From positions 1,614,001-1,678,000 of the forward strand of contig JASTWF010000033.1 in assembly GCA_030390025.1 (NCBI GenBank): a stretch of DNA of 64,000 nt. The letters run 5' to 3'. The notes under the pieces are model-generated. The model was not told where the DNA came from. It was given only the letters and a program-made list of their open reading frames with translations, and searched no databases. Below are positions 60,075-64,000 of this stretch, piece after piece; positions within the stretch are counted from its first letter, which is position 1; each line of letters begins with the position of its first letter. Made by a program: the position numbers and the translations under genes. This stretch comes from Squalus acanthias. Its lineage: Eukaryota.

Positions 60075-61848
60075 AGAGGCTGAGACAGGAGAAATTATTC
60101 TGGGGAATAAGGAAATGGCAGAAACGTAAAACAAATATTTTGTATCTCTTCACAGTAGAAGACACAAAAAGCACCAAAAATTGTGGGAAACCAAGGGGCT
60201 AATGAGGGGGAGGAACTTAACGTCATTAATATCAGTAGAGAAAAAGTACTAGAGAAACTAATGGGACTATAAGCTGACAAATCCCCTGGACCTGACGGCC
60301 TACATCCTAGGGTTCCTAAAAGAGGTGGCTGAAGAGATAGTGGATGCATTGGTTTTGATCTTCCAAAATTCCCCAGATTCTAGAACGGTCCCAGCAGATT
60401 GGAAGGTTGCAAATGTCAAGAAAGGAGGGAGAGAGAAAACAGGGAACTACAGGCCAGTTAGCCTGACATCAGTCGTCGGGAAAATGCTGGAATCCACTGT
60501 TAAGTAAGTGGTATCAAGTCACTTAGAAAATAATAACATCATTAGGCAGTGTCAACATGGTTTTATGAAAGGGAAATCGTGTTTGACAAATTTATTAGAG
60601 CTTTTTGAGGATGTAACTAGCAGGATAGATAAAGGAGAACCAGTGGATGTAGTATATTTGGATTTCCAAAAGGCATTCGATAAGGTGCCACATAAAAGGT
60701 TATTACACAAGATTAGGGCTCATGGGGTTGGGGGTAATATAGCAGCATGGATAGAGGATTGGTTAACGGACAGAAAACAGAGAGTAGGAATAAACGGATC
60801 TTTTTCAGGTTGGCAGGCTGGAACTAGTGGGGTACCGCAAGGATCAGTGCTTGGGCCTCAGCTATTTACAATCTATATTAATGACCTAGATGAAGGGACC
60901 GAGTGTAATGTATCCAAGTTTGCTGATGATACAAAGCTAGTTGGGACAGTAAGCTGTGAGGAGAACACAAAGAGTATGCAAAGGGATATAGATAGACTAA
61001 ATGAGTGGTCAGTAAGGTGGCAGATGGAGTATAATGTAGGGAAATGTGAGGTTATTCACTTTGGTAGGAAGAATAGAAAAACAGAATATTTTTTAAATGA
61101 TGAGAAACTTTTAAATGTTGGTGTTCAGAGAGATTTGGATGTCCTCGTGCAAGAAACACAGAAAGCTAGCATGCAGGTACAGCAAGCAATAAGGAAGGCA
61201 AATGGCATGTTGGCCTTTATCGCAAGGGGTTGGAGTATAAGAGTAAGGAAGTCTTGCTACAATTGTACAGGGCCTTGGTGAGACCACACCTGAAGTACTG
61301 TGCACAGTTTTGGTCTCTTTATCTAAGGAAGGATATACATGCCTTGGAGGCGGTGCAACGAAGGTTCACGAGATTGATTCCTGGGATGAGAGGGCTGTCC
61401 TATGATGAGAGATTGTGTAGAATGGGCCTATACTCTCTGGAGTTTAGAAGAATGAGAGGTGATCTCATTGAAACATACAAGATTCTGAAGGGGATTGACA
61501 GGGTAGATGCTGAGAGGTTGTTTCCCCTGGCTGGAAGGTCTAGAACTAGGGGTCACAGTCTCAGGATAAGGGGTCGCCCATTTAAGACTGAGATGAGGAG
61601 GAATTTCTTCACTCAGAGTGTTGTGAATCTTTGGAATTCTCTGCCCCAGAGGGCTGTGAATGTTCAGTCTTTGAGTATATTCCAGGCTGAGATAGATAGA
61701 TTTTTGGACTCTGGGGGAATCAAGGGATATGGAGATCGGGCGGGAAAGTGGAGTTGAGGTGGATGATCAGCCATGATCTTATTGAATGGTTGAGCAGACT
61801 CGAGGGGCCGTGTGACCTACTCCTGCTCTTATTTCCTATGTTCTTATG
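60075..61848 (+). mobile_element. CR1 LINE RT domain and 3' tail
   Basis: Peptides [31 protein letters not shown] and KFADDTK, with frameshifts. Confidence 0.95.
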
Positions 61849-61936
61849 ATCTTCTCTGCTGGGTTTTGGCAGGAATCGAGGAAAAAACAGCTGGAAATTC
61901 CCTGATCTGTGATTTACAAGGACACTTTCCCTGGTG

Positions 61937-62512
61937 CATAAGAAATAGGAGCTGGAGTCGGCCATTCGGCCCCTTGAGCCTGCTCCGCCATTCAATAAGA
62001 TCATGGCTGATCTGATCTATGCCTCAACTCCACTTTCCTGCCCGCTCCCCATAACCCTCGACTCCCCTGTTTTTCAAAAATCTGTCCATCTCCACCTTGA
62101 ATATATTCAATGACTCAGCCTCCACAGCTCTCTGGGGTAGAGAATTCCACAGATTCACGACCCTCTGAGAAGAAATTCATCCTCATCTCCGTTTTAAATG
62201 GGTGACCCCTTATTCTGAAACTATGCCCCCTCGTTCTAGATTCCCCCATGAGGGGAAACATCCTCTCTGCATCGACCCTGTCAAGCCCCCTCAGAATCTT
62301 ATGTTTCAATAAGATCACCTCATTCTTCTAAACTCCAATGAGTATCGGCCCAACCTGCTCAACCTTTCCTCATAAGACAACCCCTTCAACTGAAGAATCA
62401 ACCTCGTGAAGCTTCTCTGAACTGCCTCCAATGCAAGTGTATCCCTCCTTCAATAAGGAGAGTGAAACTGTCCGCAGTACTCCAGGTGTGGTCTCACTAA
62501 CGCCCTGTGCAG
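61937..62512 (-). mobile_element. CR1 3' fragment
   Basis: Peptide KILRGLDRVDAERMFPL..FKTEMR plus tail. Confidence 0.9.
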
Positions 62513-62557
62513 TGGTTCCCAGCAGTTACTTTTCTTCAGTAATGTTCTCGATCACAA

Positions 62558-62660
62558 TGTTCTGACGAAAGGTCATCGACCTGAAACGTTAACTCTGTTT
62601 CTCTCTTCACAGATGCTGCCTGACCTGCTGAGTCTCTCCAGCATTTTTTGTTTTTATTTC
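62558..62660 (+). mobile_element. Short Penelope-type repeat with a hammerhead-like core
   Basis: CTGACGA-A-AGGTC-ATC-GACCT-GAAA-CGTT, then ctctgtttctctc..cagatgctgcctgacctgctgag. Confidence 0.6.
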
Positions 62661-63244
62661 TCTATCACTAAACGGCCCCCTGCTGTTAATGATGTTATTT
62701 CTTATAGTTTCACAATTACACGTATAAGCATCACACATTATAATGTAATCTATTCTGTTACTCACTGTGGTTTAAGCTGACATTGTGGTTAGTAACAGAC
62801 AGAACCTGTTCTTTCCCCTGATCTGATTACAGACTCCAACATGTCGATTCAGTGAATGGAATGTCTTACCAGTGTTGCCATGATGACCTGTCTGCAGTGA
62901 AAGGCCTGTTTGAGTTTCTAACTGAGATTAAACTTCTCTCTCCCACAATACACATTATATCAGACATTTAATGTCAATGTATTTTAGCCATGTTATGTTA
63001 ATATCTTTAAAATCTGCCGGGAGATCAGATACACAAATCTTTAAAAGTTGGAGGACAAGTTTATAAAGTGGTTTAAAAATGTTACCCGAGGTTTTTTATA
63101 AATGGGGCGCAGAAAACAAAACCATCGGTTCGGCTGCAGTTAGAACAAGTTTTGAGCATCTTCCACTAGGAAGGATGTCGGGGCCACAGAGAGGCTGCAG
63201 AATCAATTCACTGAGGTTATACCACGGATGAGAGGCTTTAGTTA

Positions 63245-64000
63245 TCAGAGAATCAGAGAAGATAGGAGCAGGAGTTGGCCATTCGACCCCTCGAGCCTGC
63301 TCCGCCATTTAATGAGATCATGGCTGATCATCCAAATTCAGTACCCTGTCCCTGCTTTCTCCCCATATCCCTTTAGCCTTTGGAAATATATCTAACTCCT
63401 TCTTGAATATATTTAATGAATTGGCCTCGACTGCCTTCTGTGGTAGAGAATTCCACAGGTTCACCACTCTCTGGGTGAAGAAATTCCTCCTCATCTCTGT
63501 CCTAAATGGTTTAGCCCTTATCCTTAGACTGTGACCTCTGGTTCTGGACTCCCCCGCCATCGGGAACAGCCTTCCTGCATCTAGTCTGTCTAGTCCTGTT
63601 AGAATTTTATAAGTTTCAATGAAATCCCCTCTCATTCTTCTAAACTCTAGCGAATTTAAGCCTAATCGACCCAATCTCTCTTCATACGTCATTCCTGCCA
63701 TCCCAGGTATCAGTCTGGTGAATCTTCGCTGCACTCCCTCCATGGCAAGAACATCCTTCCTCAGATAAGGCGACCAAAACTGCACACAATGCTCAAGGTG
63801 TGATCTCACCAAGGCCCTGTACAACTGCAGCAAGACATCCTTGTTCCTGTACTCGAATTATCTCGCTATGAAGGCCAACATATCATTTGCCTTCTTAACC
63901 GCCTGCTGCACCTGCATGCTTACCTTCAGCGACTGGTGCACAAGGACACCCAGGTCTCGTTGCACTTCCCCTTTTCCCAATCTATTGCTGTTCAGTTAAT
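63245..64000 (-). mobile_element. CR1 3' fragment, runs off the right edge of the window
   Basis: Peptide LYRALVRSHLEHCVQFWSP...EMRRNFFTQRVVNLWNSLP plus tail. Confidence 0.93.

Overview
Vertebrate genomic DNA, most likely a shark or other elasmobranch (inferred from the CR1 LINE tails, a Deu-domain SINE, Penelope remnants and a GPR139-like receptor). From left to right: a 9.4-kb CT/CA/CAGA satellite; an old 43-bp minisatellite broken up by SINE, CR1 and L2 insertions; more LINE debris; one apparently intact two-exon GPR139/GPR142-like GPCR gene on the minus strand (27368 to 22525, 323 aa); a decayed PIF/Harbinger transposon; a young ~2.03-kb tandem array (about 5.5 units, 32.4-43.6 kb); a CR1 that keeps ORF1; a rearranged field of degenerate tRNA-Val/Pro/Lys/Trp/Glu genes with direct and inverted duplications; Penelope ends with minimal hammerhead cores; and CR1 fragments that split a C2H2 zinc-finger relic. 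Each array unit carries tRNA-Phe, tRNA-Ile and tRNA-Glu. It also carries a fourth ~103-nt element that I cannot assign to a known family, the best candidate for something undescribed. This element has a tRNA-Trp-like core without a D-stem, compensatory T-stem changes, a perfect B box, an extra terminal stem and a T5 terminator. Three inner units carry a Glu-body tRNA with a TTT (Lys) anticodon. Most ORFs in the track are repeat artefacts or TE fragments. All calls were made by eye; no database searches were run, and TE boundaries are approximate.
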